Assembly (NCBI RefSeq): GCF_000485595.1
Contig: NW_014577071.1
Span: 1,023,506 to 1,087,505, forward strand
DNA from: Priapulus caudatus
Lineage: Eukaryota
Length of the DNA: 64,000 nt
Direction of reading: 5' to 3'
Shown here piece by piece: positions 1 to 11,099 of the stretch. How positions within the stretch are numbered: position 1 is the stretch's first letter; each line of letters begins with the position of its first letter. The notes under the pieces were generated by a model. The model saw nothing but the letters and a program-made list of their open reading frames with translations. It was not told where the DNA came from and ran no database searches. A program made the translations under genes and the position numbers.

Positions 1-119
1 AACCCTAACCCTAACCCTAACCCTAACCCTAACCCTAACCCTAACCCTAACCCTAACCCTAACCCTAACCCTAACCATGGCTTAACCCTAACCCTAACCC
101 TAACCCTAACCGTAACCCA
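1..119 (-). repeat. Telomere-type (TTAGGG)n array, read as (CCCTAA)n on +, at the window start
   Basis: About 12 perfect AACCCT units, an ATGGCTT interruption near 76-82, then further units decaying at ~119. C-rich strand on + is the orientation expected at a left chromosome end. Confidence 0.9.
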
Positions 120-181
120 ATATGCATTCCCGATACGCATAGCGAGCGCTGACGCGTCAACGGTATGGAAAAAATAATCGC

Positions 182-546
182 CCCCCGGGCGTGGAGGGAG
201 GTCACGTGATAACGTTGACGATGACGTTCAAAAAGTTAACCCTAACGGTAACCCTCACTCCACATCGCCAACACTAACACCAACACTAAATATATATGTG
301 TCGCCGCGCTATATATAGGCATTGTGATCCACATAAATTAATCTATGGTGTGGGGACAGATATCATGATGCAAAAACCCTAACCCTAACCCTAATCCTAA
401 CCCTAACCCTAACCCTAATCCTAACCCTAACCCTAACCCTAACCCTAACCCTAACCCTAACCCTAACCCTGACCCTAACCCTAATCCTAACACTATCCCA
501 ACACTAGTGCTGCCACGTTGCGGTCACCTCTCTCCACGCCCGGGGG
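182..546. mobile_element. Putative MITE with ~24-bp terminal inverted repeats enclosing a telomeric-repeat tract
   Basis: CCCCCGGGCGTGGAGGGAGGTCAC (182-205) is the reverse complement, with 2 mismatches, of GTCACCTCTCTCCACGCCCGGGGG (523-546). No clear TSD seen. Confidence 0.55.
376..492 (-). repeat. Interstitial degenerate (CCCTAA)n array
   Basis: About 19 units with TCCTAA and CCCTGA variants, lying inside the 182-546 inverted-repeat pair. Confidence 0.9.
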
Positions 547-558
547 ATAGCATTACCC

Positions 559-1119
559 CTCATTACAGGGCGCGGCCATTTTGGAGTAACTAAAAACATT
601 GATCGGAAAACCAGTAACCCACACAAAATACACTTAATAAATCAATTAATAAAATCAAAAAGGGAAAAGACTAGCAGTATGGAATTACGGATAAAAGGAT
701 AAGGCGGAGATAAATAAATAAACAATTAAACTAGAATACGAATGGAAAATAACTCGGCCGGTACTAGCGGATGCAAAAAGGCTAAATGTAAACAAACGGC
801 GTCGTCAAGGCGGTGTCCCGCTATATTTCTCAGCCGGGAAATAAGTCGACACTGCGTGTTCTGCGCATGCGTCAAAACCTGGTCAACAAATTTACCGTGT
901 AAGGCCACGGGAAATTTCTCAGCCGGTAAATAAGTCGATGCTACATTTTCTAGCTAGTTTAGACTGGTAGGAGAAATTGGGGGGGGGGGCGTAGGGAGTA
1001 CTGCTAGCCTTTTCCCTTTTTGATTTTATTAATTAATTTATTAAGTGTATTTTGTGTGGGTTACTGGCTATCCGATTCATGTTTTTAGTTACTCTAAAAT
1101 GGCCGCGCTCTGTAATGAG
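559..1119. mobile_element. Non-autonomous DNA transposon/foldback element with ~120-bp TIRs
   Basis: 559-679 (CTCATTACAGGGCGCGGCCATTTTGGAG...CTAGCAGTA) is the near-perfect reverse complement of 999-1119. Internal direct repeat TTTCTCAGCCGG.AAATAAGTCGA near 826 and 915. No ORF. Confidence 0.75.
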
Positions 1120-1146
1120 TTGTGGTTTGAGTATGTATAGTATTAC

Positions 1147-1192
1147 CCATAGAAATAGATAGATAGAATAGGTTGTCTATCTATTTCTATGG
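1147..1192. repeat. 46-bp palindrome flanked by 6-bp direct repeats (TATTAC)
   Basis: CCATAGAAATAGATAGA...TCTATCTATTTCTATGG, 17-bp perfect arms; TATTAC at 1141-1146 and 1193-1198. Confidence 0.7.
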
Positions 1193-1469
1193 TATTACCA
1201 TAGGTATTACGAGAGCCCAGACCTTCTCATAACTTTAGGATTAAGATGAAAATAACACATTTACACAAAGAATTGCAATTATAGTGATATTATATATTTT
1301 ATATTAATGAGTAAAATGTGTGTTTTTCATGAAAAATACATCAGAAAACTTACTTATCTACCGATCAAAAACCAAGACAAAACATTTACAAATGGCGTTT
1401 GTTCTCGCCGGCTTTCAGTGCGGCGAGAAATGATGGCAATATAACGTGGATAAAATGCCTTCGTTTAGA

Positions 1470-1620
1470 GCGTGGCGGTGGTGACGGTGACAGGGATGAC
1501 GGAGGTGAAGGTTGAGGTCGGTGTGGTGATTGTGTTGTTGCTGCTGTTGCTGTTGTAGTTGTTGTCGTTGATGTTGTTGATGTTGTTGATGTTGATGTTG
1601 ATGTTAATGATGACGATGAC

Positions 1621-1667
<47 letters not shown>

Positions 1668-1890
1668 CGATGATGATGATTAGGCGGTAGCGGTGGCGGT
1701 GGCGGTGGCGGTGGTGGCAGTGGAATTCGTAGTAATTATAGCGTTGGTGATGGCGAGGTGGGGCGTGGGAGTGGTGGCGTTTGTGGTGGTGGTGGTGGTA
1801 TGGTGCGGGTGATGTTTGATAGTGATGTTGTTGGTGGTGGTGTTGCTGTAAATGGTAGTGACGAAGAGGGGTAATCGTGGCGTGGTGGAA
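1470..1890. repeat. Compound trinucleotide microsatellite (GTT/GAT/GGT/GGC)n
   Basis: Direct reading; explains the poly-H/I/N/T ORFs in the track. Confidence 0.9.
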
Positions 1891-2166
1891 TGGCAGCAAC
1901 GGTGATAGTAATAGTTAATAAAAACGGCGAGAGGTTTTAATAATAGACGCAAATTATGAACGAGATTTTAATCCTCCTCGGAGTTTTATCAGATTTCGTC
2001 AGACAGCCGATGACCAACTTTATTAGCGACTATAATCCTTTTATCTAAGCCGATATGCCATGCGCAATCTCTATCTACGATTTTGTTTGGCTCATTACGC
2101 GGGCTTTATACATCGCGGATAGCAAAAGTAAATCCCCCAGACCCTCCTCTCGCTAGCCTGTTCCGC

Positions 2167-2296
2167 CTCTACTCTACTCTACTCCACTCTACTCTACTCT
2201 ACTCTACTCTACTCTACTCTACTCTACTCTACTCTACTCTACTCTACTCTACTCTACTCTACTCTACTCTACTCTACTCTACTCTACTCTACTCTA
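2167..2296. repeat. (CTACT)n pentanucleotide microsatellite
   Basis: About 25 near-perfect units. Confidence 0.95.
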
Positions 2297-3726
2297 GCAG
2301 ACGAAGTGTAAAGAAACGATTTTAGTAATTTTGGCAGAGCGTCCGTCAAGAGCGAACGGTTAATTTGTATTTCCGCTAGGAAACTCAAATCGTAGTCACG
2401 CTTATGCCTATTTAGACGAATGATTCGCATGCACGCCCGCCGGGGGAACTGCGCGTCTTATCCGCACGCAGCGCTCATGATCAACGGCAAAGCTGTTCCA
2501 CGTCATTTAATATCATGTCTCTCTGGATGAGACAAGCATTATTGCTATCTGGTGACAGTTCATATATTTGCTTTGCTTAATCGAAAATTCGACCGATCAA
2601 TCCGCTAGTTTAATTGACCGTCTTTAATGTGACGGAAATAGCGGCTGTGCGAGTAACAAGCCTATCTCATAGCGACAAGGTCCCCGACCGCGGCTAGCGC
2701 CTGCTTCACATTAAGATGGCTCATGGCTCCACTCTACAAACAAAGCTGCCGACCGATTTACACGCAAGAGTATCGCACCAGCAGGAAGTCTCGCTCTACG
2801 CGCCTCATTACCCCCCAGAAGATGTCGCTGGCAATTAAAATACGCGCCTATAGGAGGTGTACAACAGTAAGCGTCCGCAATTGTTCACCGTTGCACTATT
2901 TCGTCTCTAGAAAAGGCCTTTTTTGGCATTTTTTTTCGCCGAAATTCGGCACTAGAGTGCAATAATTTGCATTATGCACGCAAGGTAGATGCCTCGTGGA
3001 CGTCTAGAAAGCATTAGAAGTAAAATTATTCGTGTTGTGTAATTGTGCCATTCCAGCTAGTGGCGTAGCCATCGTCGCCGGTCGGCCATTTTTGTGTATG
3101 AAACGGGATCCGACTACTCTGTAGAAATTCGCATCATAGAGCTGGCAAAAGTTTCGAGCGGAGCATAGAGCACGAATCTGTAGTTATTTAACATGAATAA
3201 AGTGTATGTTTTGTAAGCGCAGTAACAGTGTGCGTATTTTTAATTAATTTCTGTTCAATGCTTATTCAGGCCTGCAGTCTATGGACGCCCTCTACTGTTG
3301 TTCAACACCTATAAGCAAGCGGAAAGTAAGCGCGGACTTATCTTGCTTTGCTTCTAATACACTCTCAATACAATCTCTACACTTCTAATACAATCTCCTT
3401 TGCACTCGCAACTCGTAACGCTGTTTGCGAAGTATTGTTTGGCTACCAAAGGCACTATCTATGACGAATCGTTTCGTTAACCGACCACTGCCCCTAACAA
3501 AGCACGTGGTCATCTCAAACCAACTTTTGATAAACTTGTACGCTGCGAAAATCCTGTCCTTCTGTCCTCGGCGAAAATCTGTCATATCGGAGTTATTCTC
3601 TGAATCAGTGTTTGCGTTTGTGCTTGTGTGATCGTTTTTGTAGCTGTGCTTGCGTGTGTGCTTGTGCCTATGTTTGCGCATGGGATTGTGATGATGTTGC
3701 GTGTGTGTTATTGTCCGAGGTTATCA

Positions 3727-3862
3727 CTCTCTGCCTCGCTCCCCCCCCTCCTTTCTCTCTCGCTCCCACTATCTCGCTCCCCCCCGCCTCTCTCTCTCAT
3801 CTCTCTCTCTTTCTCCTCTCTCTCTCTCTCTACCTCTCTCTCTCTCTCTTCTCCTCTCGCCT

Positions 3863-3899
<37 letters not shown>

Positions 3900-4138
3900 T
3901 CTGCTGGTCCGCTGCAGCGCGCTCTCTCTGCTCGCTCTCTCTCTCTCTCTCTCTCTCCGCCCTCACCCCTTCTCTCTCTCTCTCTCTACTCTTTCTCTCT
4001 CTCTCTCTCTCCCTCTTCTCTCGCTCCCCCTCTCTCTCTCTCTCCTCTCTCTCTACTCTTCTCTTCTCTGTCTCCTTCAGCGCGCGCGCTCTCTACTCTC
4101 GCTCTCTTCTCTCTCTCTCTCTCTCGGCCCTCCCTCCT

Positions 4139-4170
<32 letters not shown>

Positions 4171-4643
4171 CTCTCCCTCTCTCTCTCTCTTCTCTCCTCC
4201 CCCCTCTCTCTCTCTCTCCTCCTCCTCTCTCTCTCTTTCTCTACTCTGCTCTCTTGGGCAGCGCGCGGGCGCCTGCTCTCTCTACTCTTCCTCTTCTTCT
4301 CTCTCTCTCTCCTCTCTCTGCTCTTCTTCGCGCGCGCGCTCTCTCGCTCTCCTCGCTCTCTCGCCCTCTACTTCGCTTCTCTCTATCCTATCGCGCCGCG
4401 CCGCCTCTCTCTCCTCTCTCTCTCCTTTCCTCTCTCTCTCTCTTCTCTCTACTCTTCTCTCTCTACTCTTTCTTCTCTCTCTCTCTTCTTTCTCTTTCTT
4501 CTCTATCCTCTCTCTCTCTCTCATCCTCTCTTTCTCTTCTCTCTTCTCTCTTTTTCTCTTTCTCTCTCTTCTCTCTCCTCTCTCTCTCTTGTCTCTCATT
4601 TTCTCTCTCTATTCGCTCGCGCCCTCTCTCTTTCGCTCTCTCC
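3727..4643. repeat. Degenerate (CT)n tract, probably low-accuracy read sequence
   Basis: ~900 bp of CT dinucleotide with scattered single-base indels. Confidence 0.9.
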
Positions 4644-5750
4644 CTAAAAATAATGTATAGAAAAACTCACTAGCGCCATGATGACACGTAAATTAAGGAT
4701 ACACTTAAGCTTTTGCACGGGTATTGCTCTAACGAGGAGTAAACGGTTATTAACAAATAAATCGAATCGATCAATGTATTGTGTATCAGATTAACAACGC
4801 AGCGTAATATATGTGTAAGCATTCGAACAGTGCAACGTTAAGCAATGTTGCCTCAAATATGCAATGTTAACAAACGAGTAGTCTTCGGTTTAAACGAAAT
4901 TCATCCGTTGATCGATATTTTTTCTTTTTATTCTCAGCATTAGGTTCGACCTTGTTATTAACTGTTTTATCGACGATCAGTTACTAGCATAACTACATCC
5001 ATGCTGCGGAAAAATCGGCCCCAGCCTTGCCGGACAATGTATACGCCCACTAATAACACTCAACTGTATATGATTTACTCGCGGTAATAGTTACACTGTT
5101 CGGGAAAAATTTTGTCGGGGGAAGTAATTGTTCGATGAAACCTTATCCAGGGCAGAGAGTCTTCAAAATTATTGATGATTGCCTGGCGGTTGTTTCGTCG
5201 GATTGCCAAAGAGGATGATTTCTAGCAGGATACTGCTGTTCATGTGGGACTGCTTGGTTGCCGGACAGATTGTTACCGGATAAATATGGAAAGAGCGAAT
5301 ATTTTCGTCGGTTATGTTGTTTAGCCGGACACCGACGAGGCAGATATCAGAGCTGGGTGTGTTATCCGGTACATGGACATCGTCTAAGAGAACATCGTTA
5401 AGAGGGATAATAAAGAACGTGGTTAATTGTATTATGTATAATACTGTTGTACAATTGTGTGGTATCGTATACAATTGTATGCGGTATTTTGGCCGCTGCG
5501 GTTTTTATACTCATCGTTTCGTATCGTTTCGTATCGTATCGCTTCCCGTCGTGTCGCATCGTATCTCGTATCGTATCGTGCCGCATCGCATCGTATTGTA
5601 TCATGTCGTGTCATATCCACTGATATTGTATCGTTCCCGAATCGTATCTAAAATGACATTTCCAAGAACGACACGTCCGGTCGATGGATATATCACAATA
5701 GATGATGTGACGATATCAGTAGTATAGGTATCATACCTGTAACGTAGCCT

Positions 5751-5904
5751 CATATACTATACTATATATAGCAATACTATATACTATAGTATAATAGCCA
5801 TACTATACAGATATATACTATACTATATATAGCCATACTATATAGTATATACATATATACTATAGTATAATAGCCATACTATACAGATATATACTATACT
5901 ATAT
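5751..5904. repeat. AT-rich ~76-bp minisatellite (TATATACTATAGTATAATAGCCATAC...), running into a gap
   Basis: Two units visible; the same units recur at 12596-12750. Confidence 0.8.
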
Positions 5905-6218
5905 NNNNNNNNNNNNNNNNNNNNNNNNNNNNNNNNNNNNNNNNNNNNNNNNNNNNNNNNNNCCTCTTCCCCCTCCTCCCCCTCCTTCACCTCCTTCATC
6001 TCCGCCTCTCCATATCACCCGCCAACATCAACCGCCTATAATGACGTCTCACACACATCGTCTGTCTACAATACCTGCCGGAGGGTCGGAATTAGCAGGT
6101 GTTCGTAAGCCGGGGCTCGCGTCCACCGGTCATTACCGGCGACCGACATCGTCATCCATAATACAAATCGCTTTTGAACTACGTCGGCGACCGGCGGAAT
6201 GACTGCCGACGTGTCTTA

Positions 6219-6531
6219 AGCCCGGCGCACACGTGAGTAAAATTACTCAAGGCATAAGTGGTAATGGAGATCACGTGACTGTGCGCAGCCAATACTGGGC
6301 GCACAATAATTTAGACGCATGCGCTGTGAGGACCAGTGTTGAGTAAATTTACGCAGCTAGCGCGCACACGTTGACTATTTTGACGCATGAGTCAAAAATT
6401 ATCAAACATGTTTGATATTGAGTTTCTTGATGCATGCGTCAGAAAACTCAACGAAAATCCGGCGCACACGTGAGTATTTTGGCGCATGCATAATTTTACT
6501 TGAGTAAAATTACTCACGTGTGCGCCGAGCT
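6219..6531. mobile_element. PIF/Harbinger (Tourist-like) MITE, 313 bp
   Basis: ~33-bp TIRs AGCCCGGCGCACACGTGAGTAAAATTACTCAAG / CTTGAGTAAAATTACTCACGTGTGCGCCGAGCT. TTA target-site duplication at 6216-6218 and 6532-6534; a 3-bp TWA TSD is diagnostic of PIF/Harbinger. Confidence 0.85.
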
Positions 6532-6545
6532 TTACGTCGTCTTAC

Positions 6546-6973
6546 CTTTCGATGCACGTCGCCATCAGCGTCAGTACGCTAGCGAAGACGAAGATCGGCT
6601 GAGAGTAGAGCAGGAAGGTGCACAGGCCGTTGTTAAGGACGCTCCAGCCTGGCGACGCGCCCAGCTCCAGGAGTTTTAGCGGCAGCACGAAGCCGGCGAC
6701 CATGAGATCGCTAATGGCAAGGTTAACGATGTAGTAGTTAACGACCGTGTGCATCTTCTTGTTACAACAAACGGTGAAAACGACCATCGTGTTACCGGCT
6801 AGTGCGAGAAACATCACAAACAAGTAGAGAAGAACGAAGGTCATGTGCACCGGCTCGATCTGCGTGAAGTCGACATAACTGACGTTGTCGACGACGATGA
6901 CGCTGACGTTGGCGATGGCGGTGATGTTGGCGATAGGGCCGCTGGCGCTGTCGTCGTCGCCGGCGGCGGTCAT
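6546..6973 (-). CDS. Rhodopsin-like (class A) peptide/neuropeptide GPCR, first coding exon (N-terminus, TM1-TM3)
   Basis: Translation shows N-glycosylation sequons (NIT, NVS x2), TM1 GN motif (LALAGNTMVV), ICL1/TM2 (MHTVVNYYIVNLAISDL), ECL1 W, TM3 Cys and ASVLTLMATCIER. Ends GAA AG|GTAAG (phase-2 donor at 6545). ATG context CCACGATG; acceptor TTATTACAG| upstream at 7009. Confidence 0.92.
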
Positions 6974-7106
6974 CGTGGCTCATTAATCGCTGCTCGGCTC
7001 TCGAGTCTCTGTAATAAGGTGTGAAACGTCGTCTGCGATTGTCGACGCGTTGTTTTTTTTGTTACGTGCCAATTGAGTTACGACGTTTCATTTCGGCAGA
7101 GACATT

Positions 7107-7383
7107 TCGTGCGTGCGCGTATGCGTACGCATACGTACATGCATGCGTACGCATAGGTGCGTGCGTGTGTGCGCATAGGTAGGTGCGTGCATGCATGTGT
7201 GCGCGTGCATGCGTGTGTGCGCATATGTAGGTGCGTGCATACATGTGTGCGCGTGCATGCGTGCATTCGCACAGGTGCGTGCGTGCATACGTGTGTTCGC
7301 GTGCATGCGTGCGTTCGCATAGGTGCGTGCGTGCATACGTGTGAGCGCCTGCGTGAGTGCTTCGTATGCGTGTATATGCACGC
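7107..7383. repeat. GT/GC-rich minisatellite (GCGT/GCAT-based, ~48-bp higher-order unit)
   Basis: Recurring AGGTGCGTGC..GCAT..GTGTG motif. Confidence 0.8.
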
Positions 7384-8674
7384 ATTTCTGTAAACACTTA
7401 TGTTCATCTCTCCTCCTCTCTCCCTCTCTTCTCCTCTCGCTCCCACTCGTCACCCCTCTTCCTTATACACTCACATCGTCTCCTGACATTTCTAACATTA
7501 GGGAAAAATAAATTTTAAACGTACAATAGAATTGCTTTTAGAAAGCAGGAAACCGCACACGACTTTAAAATGTTATACATTTGAGTGAATACTATAATAT
7601 TTCTGTTGAGAACACGGACAGAATCCGGTAAGCTTTATAATGGAAATGGGCGTTTGCCGTCTACTAAAGTGCACGGACAAAACTATATATATCATATATA
7701 CTATAGTAGGTATATATATATATATATAGTAGTATAGTATTAAAGAGTTAGCATAATAGACATCTCTATTATGTACTCTTGATATATATATATACATGTA
7801 CATATACATAGAAAGTATTTATTGCGACCAATTGAAAGTTATAACGAATAGTGAAATATCCAACAAGTTTGACTGAGTGAGAAGCACAAGGTGACTGAAG
7901 CCATGTGTTGACCCGTACATAGACACCACTCATCTAATAAATATACGCTAGCGTATAAGATGAACCAATCGTGATATGATCTTTGCGAGTGCAAAGATGG
8001 TCGTCTGCCAATCTGTGAAATATAAAGCGCCCCAGGAAATCATCCTCTGAATAGCATATAGACTTGCCTGTCAGGATTTCTCGGCTCTGGTGAGTGAGAT
8101 GATCAAAGAATTCAATGTACGAAATTATCCCAGATAAATATTTAGACCGCCAACCGCCAACGCAATAGCAAGCGGCAGAAAAAGCAAATAGCGAGTGTGC
8201 GGCATTGAGTGTATATATGTACGTGTATGTGTTCATGTCAGCGTCTGGTGTATGTGTTTGCGTGTGTGCGTGCGCGCGCGTACGTACATGTATGTAAGTA
8301 GCGGTACCTGGGTACGTGCGTAAATGTATGTGTACGTGCGTGCTAATGTGTAGTACTGTAGCGTGGCAGAATGTAGTGTAATGTATGTCACTGTCGGTGA
8401 ACGTGCGCGCATGCGTTTGTATCCGTGTGGATGTAGCATGAATATGCATATTCTTACATGTTTTTCTGCGTATTGTAACTCGACTCTCTTGGACATCATT
8501 TCTGAAGCATCACGTTGCTCGGGATCATCTACGAAGATTACGATCCAATCAAACCCTATTTCGTTCGTCCGATGTCTCGTTTTACGCTGATTGCCTGATA
8601 AGGTCACACACGTAGCCACGATACCGGAGTCGTTAAGAAGCGAGTATAGAGATAGAAACATGCGTAATACTTAC

Positions 8675-8953
8675 AGCAACGGATGTAGGAAATCGGGTTA
8701 GTCCAACAACCCCCTTAAGCTTCTCTCTCTCGATGCAACAGCTGTGTGGTCATGCGTAGATTCTCACTCACTGTCGACTTCGATTCTTCTACTCTGAGGG
8801 AAAACCACACTCCGGTGTACAAGCAAATAGTTCGCGGTTTGCGAAAGGCAAACACGACGACATACGGCGATTTACGGCGTATAAAGGGGTCTGGCCCTCT
8901 GTATAGACGGCTACGTGCCAAGAAAGCTAACGCACGATACAAAAATCAGAAAC
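8675..8953 (-). other. Candidate non-coding 5' UTR exon of the GPCR
   Basis: Minus-strand acceptor TTTCTATTATTTCACAG| (exon start 8953) and donor |GTAAGT (8674). Same strand as, and upstream of, the GPCR exon, whose own acceptor implies an upstream exon. Inference only. Confidence 0.4.
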
Positions 8954-11099
8954 CTGTGAAATAATAGAAACGTTAAGAGAAATGAACTTGTACCCTTACG
9001 TCGATGATAGAAAATAGACGATTCGGAAACATTCGACACTGTAATGGGAAGTCTGACATCTTAATGCCCGAATCTTGTCCTGCCGTGTTGAACGTTCGTA
9101 GATCAATAGTAGGCCTACTCTTTTTTAAACGAAACTGCGGTCCGATGGCGATCTGCGCGCAGTTGCAGCTTAGTGGATTATAATTTCTTTAATTGATTAT
9201 AATGATGGAGCTAATTTTTAGTAAGAGCCTACTTGTCGCAATGGAAAAAAATTGTCCAAACACTGGTAGGCGAACGTGTCGCACGCTGATACATCCTATC
9301 TGTCAGAAGTATAATGAGCTTTGAAATGTACTATATGCAGATGAGTATGCAGATCGCGATGTTTCTTCACGTGATTCCGCAGGGGAAAAAACGGGAAATT
9401 AATTTATCCACGCCAAACGAATGGGCAGATTTCGAGGTCTCATTCCGTAAGATGCCCGTGAATGCGGAATGCTCTGATGTCATTTATGATACTGACGTCA
9501 CGACTGGGGTTACTACTGTGACAGATTTGCAGAGATCGGCTAACCAGTGTCGATAGACACGCAAGACAGTCAAGGCCACTGCTACAAAGTCTAGTCTTTA
9601 GTCGAGTCTGGTCGAGTGGATGTAGCATGGTCAGTTCCATTACCTATTAAACGCGGACAGATGGCTAATGTTACTGAGTACTTAGGATCCGGGATTATTC
9701 CTGGATGAGCGGGGAACGTGGTGACGTTAAACTTCAGTGTACCAGATACACGACAATACGCTATTTCCCAGTTTTCTAGTCAAAATAAATCGAAATTCGC
9801 AGTAGATGTCTTTAATTCTCTGTTTTTATTAGCGATTTATCTGGTATTTTTCGGTTCCTAAATAATTAAAATGGACTAATACCGCATACTGAAAATAGCC
9901 GTTATCATTTGCTGGATAGCCAGCGGGTTAAATTGTAGTGGATCGTAGATCATTTAGTAATACCTACAGCAAACATTCAGTAATGTATTCAATTCTTCAT
10001 TCTCCTCATCACACACTCATTAATGTTTCTTCATTCGGTAATAACTGCACTACGTATTTATTTATGAATTCGCTCATTCATTCAGTATAATAAATACATC
10101 CGATCCGATCCGAAAAGCATTCAATCATTCTAATATTTAGTAGTTGTTATATCGCTCAGAGAATCATGCATTTCATCCGTACGTAACCTTGCAACTAAGA
10201 TTACGCAAATTCTTACACACATGAGTGATTTCGCATGCTTGAATTATGTACAGCAGTCTTTACTCTATGCATATTATTCATGCTAATGGAACTGACGGAA
10301 GTCGCCGTTATTAGACGCGCTAGTAAACTAACAAAACCGATTATACACGTAATTATATACAATGGCCGCGAACCACTGCAATGCTTGCAGTCGCCTGCAA
10401 TTTGAGACGCATCCTCGGGTAGTATCGCATTGATTTCGATTGATGCTAGAGGATAAAAAAAATCTACAAGATCAGACATATATGTTTTACTTAGTCATGC
10501 GATTATCAAAGTCTCCAACCGATCGATTTTATCGACGGATCGATAACCGTACAATTTTTTTGGCTAAAACGATATAATACTAACTTTCTAGCAATATCGT
10601 ATTGCATCCATCAAATCTTTATATCGGTTTGTTTGTTTTTACGATAAGAAATGTTCATATTGTATTCTTACCGGAATAGCTGACCTAGCGAAGTGATTTT
10701 TTTAATTGCAAATATATAGGTAGTTTATTTTACGTTAAATGTTAAAATAACAGAATATAGGTATATATATCGAGTTGTTTGGTTATACCTATGTTGGTCC
10801 TGTGTAAGCACGCGTGTGTCGTCGTACACTGCTCGCTCGTCACTATACACACACATGCGTGAGGATGTGTGTATATCTGCAACCTGTCATGGCGTTTCGG
10901 CTTACGTTTTATCATATGTCGAACATATCCGGCAATTATATTAATCGATACGTTCCTGACATACTTTCCTTTCTACTTCGCCGATACTACACTTTGTTTT
11001 ACAACGCACCTCAAATATTCCATAGTGATCGATATACTGCAAAGGTTTCGCAGTAATCAATATGTGCCTAACACTTTGCGGTGCTTTAGAAATCTCTAT

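Noticed and set aside
2790..2870. Minus-strand peptide TVVHLL*ARILIASDIFWG as a possible GPCR ICL2/TM4 exon
   Set aside because: In-frame stop, wrong splice phase for the E/DRY junction and no continuation to TM5.
3612..4673. 300+ aa Leu/Ser-rich ORFs in all three + frames (also 20603-21319, 30378-30859, 44739-45296)
   Set aside because: Translations of (CT)n microsatellite, which lacks stop codons.
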